Source of the DNA: Clostridiales bacterium
Lineage (GTDB): Bacteria > Bacillota > Clostridia > Christensenellales > Pumilibacteraceae
DNA length: 64,000 nt
NCBI GenBank assembly: GCA_022508425.1
Contig: JAFLVF010000001.1
Span: forward strand, 11,440-75,439
Direction of reading: 5' to 3'
Shown here: positions 19,041 through 28,456 of the stretch, piece by piece
Layout of the letters: each line of letters opens with the position of its first letter
Numbering within the stretch: position 1 is the first letter of the stretch
The notes under the pieces: generated by a model
The model's input: only the letters and a program-made list of their open reading frames with translations
Told to the model about the DNA's origin: nothing
Databases searched by the model: none
Translations under genes and position numbers: made by a program

Positions 19041-20188
19041 TGACCGACCGTAAATTGTGTCTGATAGGCGGCATGGGCAGCGGCAAAAGTAAGCTGTCCC
19101 GCCGATACAGCGCGCTTGTCGGCGGTGAGGCAATCGATACCGACAAGGAGTTTGTCGAACGTTACGGCGATATCGGCGCCTTTTTTGCAGAGCACGGCGA
19201 ACAAGAGTTCCGCAAGTGCGAAGAGCAGTTGATGATAGAGGCGTCGAAATCGGACGCTTGTGTTATCGCAACGGGCGGCGGCGCGGTACTCAACAGGCGT
19301 GGAATGAACGCATTGAGGAGTACGTGCGACGTAGTATGGCTGACTGCGCCGATAGAAGTTTTGCGGCAACGCATTATGAAAAGTAATCGGCCGCTGAAGA
19401 ACAGCCTCGACGTTGTAATGAAAGAGCGCGAGCCGCTGTATAGAAAATATGCAGACTATATTATCGATACGTCGGACGACTCGCTAAAAGAGCTCGAAAG
19501 CGCTTTGAAAACGCCGCGGAAACGCCGTTACGATTTCGTACTGTGCGATTCGGACGACACACTGCTTGATTTTCAAAAGGCGTACGTGTGGGCGCTCGCA
19601 AAGACGCTTAAATCTTTCGGCGTCGAGAGCGACAGAGCCGCGATAGAATACAAGCTAATCAACGACGTGCTGTGGCACAAGCTCGAGCGCGGCGAGATAG
19701 AACGGTCGAAGCTGAAGATTGCAAGAGCACAGGCGCTGTCAAAGGCGCTAGACTCGTCGTTCGATCCGTACAACTTCAATGATATATACACTTCATACAT
19801 GCAAAAGACGCGCTTTACGCTGAAAGGCGCAACCGAGTTTTGCGATGATGTGCGGGCTACCGGCGCCAAGCTGTACATAATAACCAACAGCTTCGAAGAA
19901 ATGGCGAGGGAGCGGCTCAAAGTTTTCGACGGGCATATCGACGGCTATTTTGTTTCGGAGGCTGTCGGTTACGACAAGCCCGATACTAAGTTCTTCGACG
20001 CTGTGCTTGACGGCGTTGGCGTGGAGGATAGGTCGCGCGTCATCGTGTTGGGCGACAGCGAAACGTCCGATATCACGGGCGGTATGAACAGCGGACTTGA
20101 TACGTGCTTGTACGACGTGAACAATGCGCGGCAAACAGCGGCGGACTTTCATGTATCGAGCTATGACGAATTTTTGAAACTTTTGTAG
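19040..20188 (+). CDS. aroK: Shikimate kinase fused to a YjjG-like HAD phosphatase
   Basis: N-half: GMGSGKS P-loop, DTD, GEQEFR, ATGGG, RPL, REPLY. C-half: HAD motifs DSDDTL, ITN, KPD, GDSETSD. Confidence 0.9.
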   Translation: MTDRKLCLIGGMGSGKSKLSRRYSALVGGEAIDTDKEFVERYGDIGAFFAEHGEQEFRKCEEQLMIEASKSDACVIATGGGAVLNRRGMNALRSTCDVVWLTAPIEVLRQRIMKSNRPLKNSLDVVMKEREPLYRKYADYIIDTSDDSLKELESALKTPRKRRYDFVLCDSDDTLLDFQKAYVWALAKTLKSFGVESDRAAIEYKLINDVLWHKLERGEIERSKLKIARAQALSKALDSSFDPYNFNDIYTSYMQKTRFTLKGATEFCDDVRATGAKLYIITNSFEEMARERLKVFDGHIDGYFVSEAVGYDKPDTKFFDAVLDGVGVEDRSRVIVLGDSETSDITGGMNSGLDTCLYDVNNARQTAADFHVSSYDEFLKLL

Positions 20189-20251
20189 GTTTAACGCGTC
20201 AAAATATTTGTCAAAATTCGTAAAACGCGTTATAATGTAATCGGAGGCTGT

Positions 20252-21925
20252 ATGGCTAATTACGAAATACTCAAGAGCGGAACGGATATTCGCGGACGGG
20301 CTATTCCGTCCGACGACAAGCCGGCTACGCTTACCGAAGAGGCTGTTGCCGATTTGGCGGCCGCTTTTGCGCTGTGGCTGACAAGGCGCACCGGCAAACC
20401 TAACTGCAAAATCGTCATAGGGCGTGATTGTAGGCTTACCGGCGAAGCGTTTACGGCGGCTATTTTGAATACGCTTCAAAATTCCGGCTTGGAATTGTGC
20501 GATTGCGGCATGTTTTCCACGCCTACGGCATTCCTTGTCACGCAGTTTCCCTCCGTACAAGCGGACGGCTCGATAATGATAACGGCGAGCCATCATCCCA
20601 AGGATATCAACGGGCTGAAATTCTTTACGAAAGAGGGCGGCGTGAACAGCGCCGAACTCGACGAGATTATCGCCATAGCCAATGCCGGCGAGAAGATAGA
20701 GTCGAACGAATTCTCGTCGATAATCAAGCGCGACTGCATGAAATTATACTGCGATATGCTCGTCGACGTCGTGCGAAGCGGCACGGCGCTATCCACACCG
20801 CTTGACGGCATGAAGATAGTAGTCGACGCCGGTCACGGTGTGGGCGGTTTCTTCGCCGAGCGAGTGCTTCAGCCGTTGGGCGCCGATATATCGGGCTCGC
20901 AGTTCTTAGAGCCGGACGGCAATTTCCCCGCGCATGCGCCCAATCCCGAGAACAAAGAGGCTATCGAGAGCCTGAAAGAACGTGTGCTCGAGGTTGGCGC
21001 CGATCTCGGCGTTATATTCGATGCGGACGCCGATCGCTCGGCAATAGTGGCAGCTGACGGCACGGAGATCAACCGTAGCGCACTCATCGCGCTCGCCGCG
21101 GCAATTACATTGCCGGATAATGAAGGCGCAACAATAGTCACCGATTCGGTCACGACCGAAGGGCTTAAAGTATTTATAGAGAGCTTAGGTGGTGTTCAGC
21201 ACCGCTATAAGCGCGGCTACCGCAACGTAATCGACGAGGCAAAGAGGATCGGCGCGCCCCTTGCAATAGAGAGCAGCGGCCACGCCGCTTTCGCCGAGCA
21301 TTATTATCTCGACGACGGCGCGTACTTTATCGTCAAAATTCTCGTCACAATGGCGGCGCTTAGGGCAGAGGGTAAGGATATTACCGACCTGATTGCCGAT
21401 TATCGCGAGCCGCTAGATCAAGCGGATGTACGTCTGAACTTCACAACCGAAGATTTCAAGCCGCTCGCCGAGAAGATCACATACAGATTGCAGGGCGTAT
21501 CGGAAAGATTGCTCAATCTTACGCCCGACAGCTACGAAGGCGTCAGGGCATATGTTCCGCACGCCGACGGTTATTTTATAGTCAGAACGAGCGTTCACGA
21601 CCCCGTCATGCCGATATATATCGAATCGGACAAACCGGGCGGAGTGCTGTCGATAGCGCGATTCTTGTATTCGTTCCTGTTCGGCTTCCGCGGCCTCGAT
21701 TGCACGCCGCTTGTCGAATTTATCGCTCAAAAAGAAGAAGAGTACGCCGCGCAAGCGGCCGAAGAAGAGTACGCCGAACAATCGACAGACGAAGAGTCTG
21801 CCGACGGGCAAGTCGGAGAAGATTATATCGAAGAAGAAGCCGAAACTGCCGATTGGTTTTTCAAAGAGCAGCAGACAAACGAAAATAACGAAGCCGACGT
21901 CGGCGTCGATGAAGATATATTTTAA
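20252..21925 (+). CDS. Phosphomannomutase/phosphoglucomutase with acidic tail
   Basis: SGTDIRG, ITASHHP, PDGNFPAHAPNPE, DADADR, ESSGH. Confidence 0.9.
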   Translation: MANYEILKSGTDIRGRAIPSDDKPATLTEEAVADLAAAFALWLTRRTGKPNCKIVIGRDCRLTGEAFTAAILNTLQNSGLELCDCGMFSTPTAFLVTQFPSVQADGSIMITASHHPKDINGLKFFTKEGGVNSAELDEIIAIANAGEKIESNEFSSIIKRDCMKLYCDMLVDVVRSGTALSTPLDGMKIVVDAGHGVGGFFAERVLQPLGADISGSQFLEPDGNFPAHAPNPENKEAIESLKERVLEVGADLGVIFDADADRSAIVAADGTEINRSALIALAAAITLPDNEGATIVTDSVTTEGLKVFIESLGGVQHRYKRGYRNVIDEAKRIGAPLAIESSGHAAFAEHYYLDDGAYFIVKILVTMAALRAEGKDITDLIADYREPLDQADVRLNFTTEDFKPLAEKITYRLQGVSERLLNLTPDSYEGVRAYVPHADGYFIVRTSVHDPVMPIYIESDKPGGVLSIARFLYSFLFGFRGLDCTPLVEFIAQKEEEYAAQAAEEEYAEQSTDEESADGQVGEDYIEEEAETADWFFKEQQTNENNEADVGVDEDIF

Positions 21926-21958
21926 CAAACCGAATTCACAAGGAGAGAAAAGAGTATC

Positions 21959-23977
21959 ATGATCGGTGAAGAGCAGCTTACAATATCTACCATTCGCATG
22001 CTCAGTGCGGACGCTATCGAGAAGGCCAAGAGCGGACATCCCGGCATTTGCCTCGGGGCGGCGCCCATGGCTTACACTTTGTTTGCCAAGCATCTAAAGC
22101 ACAACCCGCAAAACCCCAACTTTTTCGACCGTGACAGGTTTGTTCTGTCGGCGGGGCACGGCTCGATGCTGTTGTACTCGTTGCTTCACTTGTTCGGTTA
22201 CGGCATGACGAAAGAGGATCTCATGCGCTTCCGTCAGCATACGTCCAAGTCGCCCGGCCATCCCGAGTACGGCGTGACGGCGGGCGTGGAGGTTTCGACG
22301 GGGCCGCTCGGTCAGGGTATTGCGAATGCCGTCGGGTTTGCGCTCGCGGAGCGTGTGCTTGCCGACAAGTTCAATCGCGACGACGTCAAGCTCGTCGATC
22401 ATTACACTTATGCGCTGTGCGGCGACGGTTGCATGATGGAGGGCATCGAGAACGAGGCGGCCTCATTGGCGGGCACGCTCAAGCTCGGCAAGCTAATCGT
22501 GCTTTACGACAGCAATCATATAACAATCGAGGGCAGTACCGATCTTGCTTTTACCGAGGACGTGGGAAAACGTCACGAGGCACTCGGTTGGCAGGTGCTT
22601 AAAGTGAGCGACGGCGAGAATATCGACGCGATTTCGGCGGCGATTACTCTTGCCAAGCTCGACACTACAAGGCCGACTCTTATTATAGTCGACACAACGA
22701 TAGGTTACGGTTCGCCGCTCGCAGGCACCAACAAATGCCACGGCGCACCGCTCGGCGAGGAAAACGTAAAAGAGCTTAGAAAAGCGCTAGGCTACAAACA
22801 AAAGCCGTTCGAGGTAGCGCCGCAGGTCACCGAGTATATTTCTTCGTTGCAGCCCGGTTTTGCCAAGTACGAAGCGGAATGGAACAAGAAAGTCAAGGCG
22901 TACAAGACCAAATATCCGGAGGACTACGAGGAGTTTCAGCGTTGGCGCAAGGGCGACGTCGACTTTTCGGACCTTGACAGCATTTACGAAATGCCTCAAA
23001 AGGACGAGGCCACTCGCGCTTCGTCGAGCCGCATACTCAATAAGATCGCAGAGAAATGTCCCTTTATCATGGGCGGGTCTGCCGACCTTGCCACGTCCAA
23101 CCTCGTCGTGATCAAGGACGGCGGCGACGTTTCGGCGACCGAGTCCGGCAGGAATATTCACTTCGGCATACGCGAGCACGCCATGGGTGCTATTGTCAAC
23201 GGCATGTACTTGCACGGCGGTATCTTGCCGTTCTGCGCAACGTTTACGGTATTTTCAGACTACATGAAAGCGGCTATACGCATGAGCGCGCTCATGAATA
23301 TACCGGTCCTGTATATTCTCACTCACGACAGCATCGGCGTGGGTGAGGATGGACCTACGCATCAGCCTATCGAACAGCTCGAGATGCTCAGATCCATTCC
23401 CAATATAAAAGTTTTCCGTCCAGCAGATGCGAAGGAGACGGCAGCGGCGTACGAATCGGCATGGACGGGCAAGAGCCCGACGGCAATCGTGTGCTCGCGC
23501 CAAAACCTGCGCCAGCTCAAGTGCACGGGCACGGACGCGCTTTACGGCGGATACATTGTGTCCGACAGCAAGAAAGACACGCCCGACGTCATACTGATTT
23601 CCAACGGATCCGAGCTTGCCATAGCGCTCGACGCGCAAAAGGCACTCGCCGCCGAGAAAATCGACGCGCGTGTAGTCAGCATGCCGTGTATGGAATTGTT
23701 CGATATCCAGACTTTGAAGTACCGCGAATCGGTGTTACCCTCCGAAGTTCGTGCGCGCGTAGCCGTCGAAGCAGGGCGGTCTACAAGCTGGTACAAATAT
23801 GTCGGACTCGACGGCGAATGCTGCTGTATAGACAGCTTCGGCATGTCCGCTCCGGCTAACGTCATGTTCGAAGTGTGCGGATTTACGGCGGACAACGTCG
23901 TATCGCTTGCCAAAAAGACATACAAAAAGTGCCAAAAGGCGGCGGCGTTGATACCTCCGACAGAGGATGTTAAATAA
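21959..23977 (+). CDS. tkt: Transketolase
   Basis: [44 protein letters not shown]. Confidence 0.97.
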   Translation: MIGEEQLTISTIRMLSADAIEKAKSGHPGICLGAAPMAYTLFAKHLKHNPQNPNFFDRDRFVLSAGHGSMLLYSLLHLFGYGMTKEDLMRFRQHTSKSPGHPEYGVTAGVEVSTGPLGQGIANAVGFALAERVLADKFNRDDVKLVDHYTYALCGDGCMMEGIENEAASLAGTLKLGKLIVLYDSNHITIEGSTDLAFTEDVGKRHEALGWQVLKVSDGENIDAISAAITLAKLDTTRPTLIIVDTTIGYGSPLAGTNKCHGAPLGEENVKELRKALGYKQKPFEVAPQVTEYISSLQPGFAKYEAEWNKKVKAYKTKYPEDYEEFQRWRKGDVDFSDLDSIYEMPQKDEATRASSSRILNKIAEKCPFIMGGSADLATSNLVVIKDGGDVSATESGRNIHFGIREHAMGAIVNGMYLHGGILPFCATFTVFSDYMKAAIRMSALMNIPVLYILTHDSIGVGEDGPTHQPIEQLEMLRSIPNIKVFRPADAKETAAAYESAWTGKSPTAIVCSRQNLRQLKCTGTDALYGGYIVSDSKKDTPDVILISNGSELAIALDAQKALAAEKIDARVVSMPCMELFDIQTLKYRESVLPSEVRARVAVEAGRSTSWYKYVGLDGECCCIDSFGMSAPANVMFEVCGFTADNVVSLAKKTYKKCQKAAALIPPTEDVK

Positions 23978-23978
23978 T

Positions 23979-24560
23979 ATGGCGAGCAAGTTTTTCGCTT
24001 TTCTCGACAGAATGAAGCTTATCGGCCGCTGGTCGCTCATGCGCAACACGGCAAGGGAGGATGTCGCTCAGCACACCATGCAGACGGCGCTCATTGCGCA
24101 CGCGCTTTGCACGATAGAAAACACTCTGTTCGGCGGCGACTACGACGCCGACAAAGCGGCGGTACTCGCGCTGTATCACGAGGCGGCGGAGGTGGTGACA
24201 GGCGATCTGCCCACGCCCGTCAAGTATTACGACGACGATATCAACCGCGCGTACAAGAACATCGAGCACCGCGCCGAGGACAAGCTGATAGGAACATTAC
24301 CCGAAGAGCTGAAAAACGCCTTTTCGCCGTTCGTTCGTCCCGACAAAGCGACGAAAGAATGCAGAATAGTCAAGTGCGCCGACAAGCTTAGCGCGCTTAT
24401 AAAATGTGTGGAAGAATTGTCAGTCAACAATGTCGAATTCCAAAACGCATACGAAGCGACAAAGAAGACTCTCGACTCCGCGCCCGAAAAATCGGTCAAA
24501 TACTTTATCGATACCTTTATCCCCGCATATTCGATGAGCTTGGACAACCTTTTGGGATAA
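23979..24560 (+). CDS. yfbR: HD-domain 5'-deoxynucleotidase (YfbR family)
   Basis: RMKLIGRWSLMRN, EDVAQH, LYHEAAEVVTGDLPTPVKY, ADKLSA. The HD motif reads HE. Start at 23967 or 23979. Confidence 0.85.
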   Translation: MASKFFAFLDRMKLIGRWSLMRNTAREDVAQHTMQTALIAHALCTIENTLFGGDYDADKAAVLALYHEAAEVVTGDLPTPVKYYDDDINRAYKNIEHRAEDKLIGTLPEELKNAFSPFVRPDKATKECRIVKCADKLSALIKCVEELSVNNVEFQNAYEATKKTLDSAPEKSVKYFIDTFIPAYSMSLDNLLG

Positions 24561-24589
24561 TCGGCGTAATTTATTAGGACAGAAACGAA

Positions 24590-25408
24590 GTGCAATCAAG
24601 AAGAATATCATCGAAAATCGGCGCTGTCGACTTCGGTATGCCCACTCTGATAGAGTTATCCGATGTCGAGAGCGCCGCGTTGTTTGCGCACACCTGCGGG
24701 CTTGATTTTGTCGAGCTCAATATGAACTTGCCGTATTTGCAAGTGGATACTTGGAATATCGCCGAGCTTCAAAAAATTTCACGAAAATACGGCGTATATT
24801 ATACAATTCACTTGGACGAAAACTTAGACCCGTGCGATTTCAATCCGTATATCGGAGATGGATATATCCGCACAATCGAGGATGTTATACGCGCCGCGAA
24901 GGAGTTAGACGTGCATATTTTGAATATGCACCTGTCGCGCGGTGTCCATTTCACTTTACCGGACAGAAAAGTCTATCTGTATGCGGAGCACGTGGATAGA
25001 TATATGAAAAGAATGCGGTTATTCAAAAGCGTGTGCGAAGATGCTATCGGAAGTGCGGATATCGAGATTTGCGTTGAAAACACCGACGGCTATACGCCCT
25101 TCCAATTAGGAGCGCTTGACACGTTGCTCGAGAGCGAGCGTTTTGCGCTTACTTTCGATATCGGGCACAATCACAGCATAGGCGGCGGCGACGAAGCCGT
25201 CATACTCGCTCGCAACGCTAAGCTGAAGCATTTTCATTTTCACGACGCTGTCGGCAAGAAAAACCATCTTGCGCTCGGCGACGGCGAGATTGACATAGGA
25301 AAGTATCTTGAGATAGCGAATGGGAATCAAGCTCGCGTCGTGCTCGAAACAAAAACTGTAGACGGTATACTGCGTTCGATCGATTGTCTGAATGCGCTCG
25401 TAGACTGA
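24590..25408 (+). CDS. Sugar phosphate isomerase/epimerase-family TIM-barrel protein
   Basis: VELNMN, TIHL, NMH, CVENT, TFDIGH, HFHD...HLALGDG, VLE metal-binding pattern. Confidence 0.8.
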   Translation: MQSRRISSKIGAVDFGMPTLIELSDVESAALFAHTCGLDFVELNMNLPYLQVDTWNIAELQKISRKYGVYYTIHLDENLDPCDFNPYIGDGYIRTIEDVIRAAKELDVHILNMHLSRGVHFTLPDRKVYLYAEHVDRYMKRMRLFKSVCEDAIGSADIEICVENTDGYTPFQLGALDTLLESERFALTFDIGHNHSIGGGDEAVILARNAKLKHFHFHDAVGKKNHLALGDGEIDIGKYLEIANGNQARVVLETKTVDGILRSIDCLNALVD

Positions 25409-25426
25409 CTGCGGAGCATCACAAAA

Positions 25427-25462
25427 AAAATGCGATATGGTTTCTTCGCCGTATCGCATTTT
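25427..25462. terminator. Bidirectional terminator
   Basis: aaaatgcgatatgg/ccgtatcgcatttt hairpin between convergent genes. Confidence 0.75.
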
Positions 25463-25484
25463 CCATTGTTGTAAATTTTATTTA

Positions 25485-26354
25485 TCAGTCTTTCTCGGCG
25501 CGGTCGTTGCCCGTAAAGAAGAGGGTGAGAGTACCGGGGCCGGAGTGACTGCCGATAACGTAGTCGAGCGGAATGAGCGTGGCGTCTAAATCGAACTTTT
25601 CTTTTACCGCGTCGGCGAGGCTTTTTGCTTCGTCGTAGCAGTCACCGTGCGAAATGTAAACATGCTTGCTCTCGCCGTTGTAGCGTTCAATCATCTTTTC
25701 AAGCAGGACTTTGATCGATTTCTTTCTGCCGAAAACCTTTTTGAAAGGAACGAGCTTGCCCACAGGGTCGACGTGCAGTACGGGCTTGATGTTGATAATA
25801 TTGCCGACGAATGCCGAACCCTTGCTAAGTCGTCCGCCGCGCGCGAGGTACTTGAGGTCGTCGACGATGAAGTAGTGCATAATGCGATGTCTGACTTCCT
25901 CAGCGTATTTGCACGTCTCCTCGAAGGACGCGCCGCTCTTGCGCTTCTCGTCTACGAGTGTGACGTACAGACCTTCGCCTCCTGCCGCGCACAAGCTATC
26001 GACGACGGCAATCTTGTTGCTCGACGTTTCGTTAAGTTCTTTTGCAATCTTGACGAAATTGTCGTATGTGCCGGACAGTGCGCTGTCAAAGGCGAGATAG
26101 AGGATGTCTTTGCCTTCTTTGAGAAGCTCGGTCAAAAATGCGCGTGCCGTATCCTCGTTTACCATCGACGTCGACGTGCGTGCGCCGTTGCGCATTTTCT
26201 CGTAAAACTCGTGGAATTCGAGACTTGTCGATTCGTCTTTGCCGTATTCGACGTCGTCGACATAGTACAGCAAATCGCACATAGCGATGTCCAATGATTT
26301 GACCATGTCTTTAGACAGGTCGCAGGTTGAGTCTGTTGCCAATATAAAGTTCAT
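25485..26354 (-). CDS. DegV-family fatty-acid-binding protein
   Basis: TDSTCDL, STSMVN, SALSGTY, VDSL, LKYLARGGR, IKPVL, SHSGPG. Confidence 0.93.
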   Translation of the reverse strand: MNFILATDSTCDLSKDMVKSLDIAMCDLLYYVDDVEYGKDESTSLEFHEFYEKMRNGARTSTSMVNEDTARAFLTELLKEGKDILYLAFDSALSGTYDNFVKIAKELNETSSNKIAVVDSLCAAGGEGLYVTLVDEKRKSGASFEETCKYAEEVRHRIMHYFIVDDLKYLARGGRLSKGSAFVGNIINIKPVLHVDPVGKLVPFKKVFGRKKSIKVLLEKMIERYNGESKHVYISHGDCYDEAKSLADAVKEKFDLDATLIPLDYVIGSHSGPGTLTLFFTGNDRAEKD

Positions 26355-26529
26355 AATTTACCTCATAGTATTTATTCAGCGGAAAGCCGTGCTGCTTTTT
26401 GATCATTGTTAAGTGTGTCGATTGTTAACACAAGGAGCTACGATAGTAGCGGTATTGTACAAATGCGGTCGTACGATCTACGTATACGTTCTTGTCGACG
26501 GGATTTGTTTGCACGCCTACGGCAAGAAA

Positions 26530-27477
26530 TTATTTCTTACCCATGAGCAAGCACATAATAGCCTTTTGTACGTGCAAGCGGTTTTCGGCTTCTTCGAACA
26601 CGACGGAGCGGGGCGAATCGATGACGTCATCGGTAACTTCCTCGCCGCGGTGGGCGGGCAGACAGTGCATAAACACCGCTTCTTGCTTTGCCATCGACAT
26701 TACATGCGAGTTAACTTGATAGGGAGCAAGCGCCTTTTCTTTTTCGGGATTTCTTGCCTGTCCCATAGAGAAGAACACGTCGGTGTACAGCGCGTCGGCG
26801 TCCGTCGCCGCCTCTTCCACATTGTCGGTGACCGTAACGTCGCCCATTTTTTGCGCCGCGGCCGTGATTTCGGGATTGGGTGCGTAGCCGTTGGGCGAGC
26901 AGACGACAACCTTCATTCCCACCTTGGCGCCGGCAAGCATGAGCGAATTGACAACATTGTTGCCGTCGCCGAAATAGGCGAGTTTAACCCCAGACAGGTG
27001 TCCGAACCTTTCCATAACTGTCATAATATCGGCAAGGGCCTGGCAGGGGTGGAAGTCATCGGTCAGTCCGTTGATGACCGAGAAGCTGCCGTGCTTTGCG
27101 AGATCTTCCACGTCCGATTGTTTGAATGTGCGTATCGCCACGCCGTCTATGCCGTATCGCGACAGCACGTGCGCCGTGTCGTGTATGGTCTCGTCGTGAC
27201 CGAGTCTAATATCGTTGTAGGGAAGGAAGAGCGAATGTCCGCCAAGTTGCCGTATTCCCATTTCGAAGGACACACGTGTACGCGTCGACGGCTTTGAGAA
27301 AATCATTGCAAGTGTTTTGCCTTTGAGGAATTCGTGCTTTTTTCCTTTGTGTTGCGCCGCCTTGAGCGATTGCGCCAAATGCAGAATTTCGAATATATCC
27401 GATTCGGAATAATCAAGCAGATTGAGCAGATGCTTATGCTCGATTCTTCCCTTGGGTTTGTAATTAGATACGTCCAT
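26530..27477 (-). CDS. argF: Ornithine carbamoyltransferase
   Basis: STRTRVSF, HPCQALAD, GDGNNV, SMG, FMHCLP, AENRLH. Confidence 0.96.
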   Translation of the reverse strand: MDVSNYKPKGRIEHKHLLNLLDYSESDIFEILHLAQSLKAAQHKGKKHEFLKGKTLAMIFSKPSTRTRVSFEMGIRQLGGHSLFLPYNDIRLGHDETIHDTAHVLSRYGIDGVAIRTFKQSDVEDLAKHGSFSVINGLTDDFHPCQALADIMTVMERFGHLSGVKLAYFGDGNNVVNSLMLAGAKVGMKVVVCSPNGYAPNPEITAAAQKMGDVTVTDNVEEAATDADALYTDVFFSMGQARNPEKEKALAPYQVNSHVMSMAKQEAVFMHCLPAHRGEEVTDDVIDSPRSVVFEEAENRLHVQKAIMCLLMGKK

Positions 27478-27731
27478 AAAACTCCTTGTTTACGGTTGCC
27501 GCAAATGCTTTAATCGATCAAAGCATCGAATCTATTATATCAATTTTGCAAAAATTAGGCAAGCAAATGAAGCGCATTTGTGCGTAATATACGCATTTGC
27601 GGCGCAAATTTGGTCGAGTACTGCGAAAAACGCGGCGATTTTGCCCTCGGTTAGCTTGCACTTAATACAAAACAATTCAGTTTACAGCAATGTTAACGCT
27701 CGAAGTTGTGCAAGAGGTTTCTCAAAAACAC

Positions 27732-27760
27732 TTGACAAATACATACAAATGATATATACT
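27732..27760 (+). promoter_or_regulatory. sigmaA promoter of tRNA-Leu
   Basis: TTGACA-17 bp-TATACT. Confidence 0.75.
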
Positions 27761-27773
27761 CATTTTTACTTTC

Positions 27774-27861
27774 GCCGGTGTGGTGGAATTGGCAGACGCG
27801 CCGGACTCAAAATCCGGTGGACTAATAATCCGTATCGGTTCGACCCCGATCACCGGCACCA
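27774..27861 (+). tRNA. tRNA-Leu (anticodon CAA)
   Basis: Acceptor stem gccggtg/caccggc plus encoded ACCA; D-loop GG; anticodon arm ccgga-ctCAAaa-tccgg; long variable arm; GTTCGA T-loop. Confidence 0.96.
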
Positions 27862-28046
27862 CAAACAAAAAAAGAGCCTTGTGCTCTTTTTTTGTTTACG
27901 GTAAGGCGATCGGAGTCGAACCCGAGTGGGCGAGAGCGTTAAGAAAATATGCCAGTGGCATATTTTTAGCGAACGCACGAGCGGCTGTGCCGCGAAGTGG
28001 GCGGATTGCCGTTAGGCAATACGCGCTACCCCGATCACCGGCACCA
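27843..28046 (+). repeat. 19-bp direct repeat of the tRNA 3' end flanking a ~166-bp palindrome-rich insert
   Basis: accccgatcaccggcacca at 27843-27861 and 28028-28046; inverted T-arm copy at 27905-27923; palindrome aaaatatgcca-g-tggcatatttt at 27944-27966. Confidence 0.85.
27863..27897 (+). terminator. tRNA terminator
   Basis: aaacaaaaaaagagc/gctctttttttgttt hairpin. Confidence 0.75.
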
Positions 28047-28080
28047 AAAATCGACAGTCACGCGTGTGGCTGTCGATTTT
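28047..28080. terminator. Terminator directly after the duplicated tRNA end
   Basis: aaaatcgacagtcac/gtggctgtcgatttt hairpin. Confidence 0.75.
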
Positions 28081-28139
28081 ACTTCTTCACTATTCACTTT
28101 TCACTCCCAATTTAGGGCTTTAGAGAGAAACGTAATGTT

Positions 28140-28409
28140 TCAGTCCGTTTTGTCGCGTTTGAGATTTTCGTCATTTTCGGGATCGAAGAGATAGAGCATT
28201 TCTTGCGCCATTTCGAGCTGTATCAGATTTGCCGTCGTCGCGTCGAATGCGTTGTTGCCCATCGCCGAAGTGATTGCAAGGGCGGTGTATGCTCGGTCGT
28301 CGGACAAGCGCTTTTCGCGTTTGCGCTCCGCACTGCCGTTGCTGGTCATTTCATTCGCGTCTTTTATCGTTTGACGGAAATCGTGCCTGTCTTCAAGTCT
28401 GTCGTCCAT
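28140..28409 (-). CDS. Small hypothetical protein (89 aa)
   Basis: Fills the gap between the tRNA terminator and the WYL gene; no recognisable motif. Confidence 0.5.
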   Translation of the reverse strand: MDDRLEDRHDFRQTIKDANEMTSNGSAERKREKRLSDDRAYTALAITSAMGNNAFDATTANLIQLEMAQEMLYLFDPENDENLKRDKTD

Positions 28410-28456
28410 ACGAATAGCTTGCGCACATTCGTAATATTTATTCGGGCGGGTGCGGT

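Noticed and set aside
27581-27595. ARG box upstream of argF (TGCGTA-ATA-TACGCA)
   Set aside because: Palindromic, but the spacing is one base off the ArgR consensus, it is single rather than tandem, and it lies upstream of the likely promoter; not supportable.
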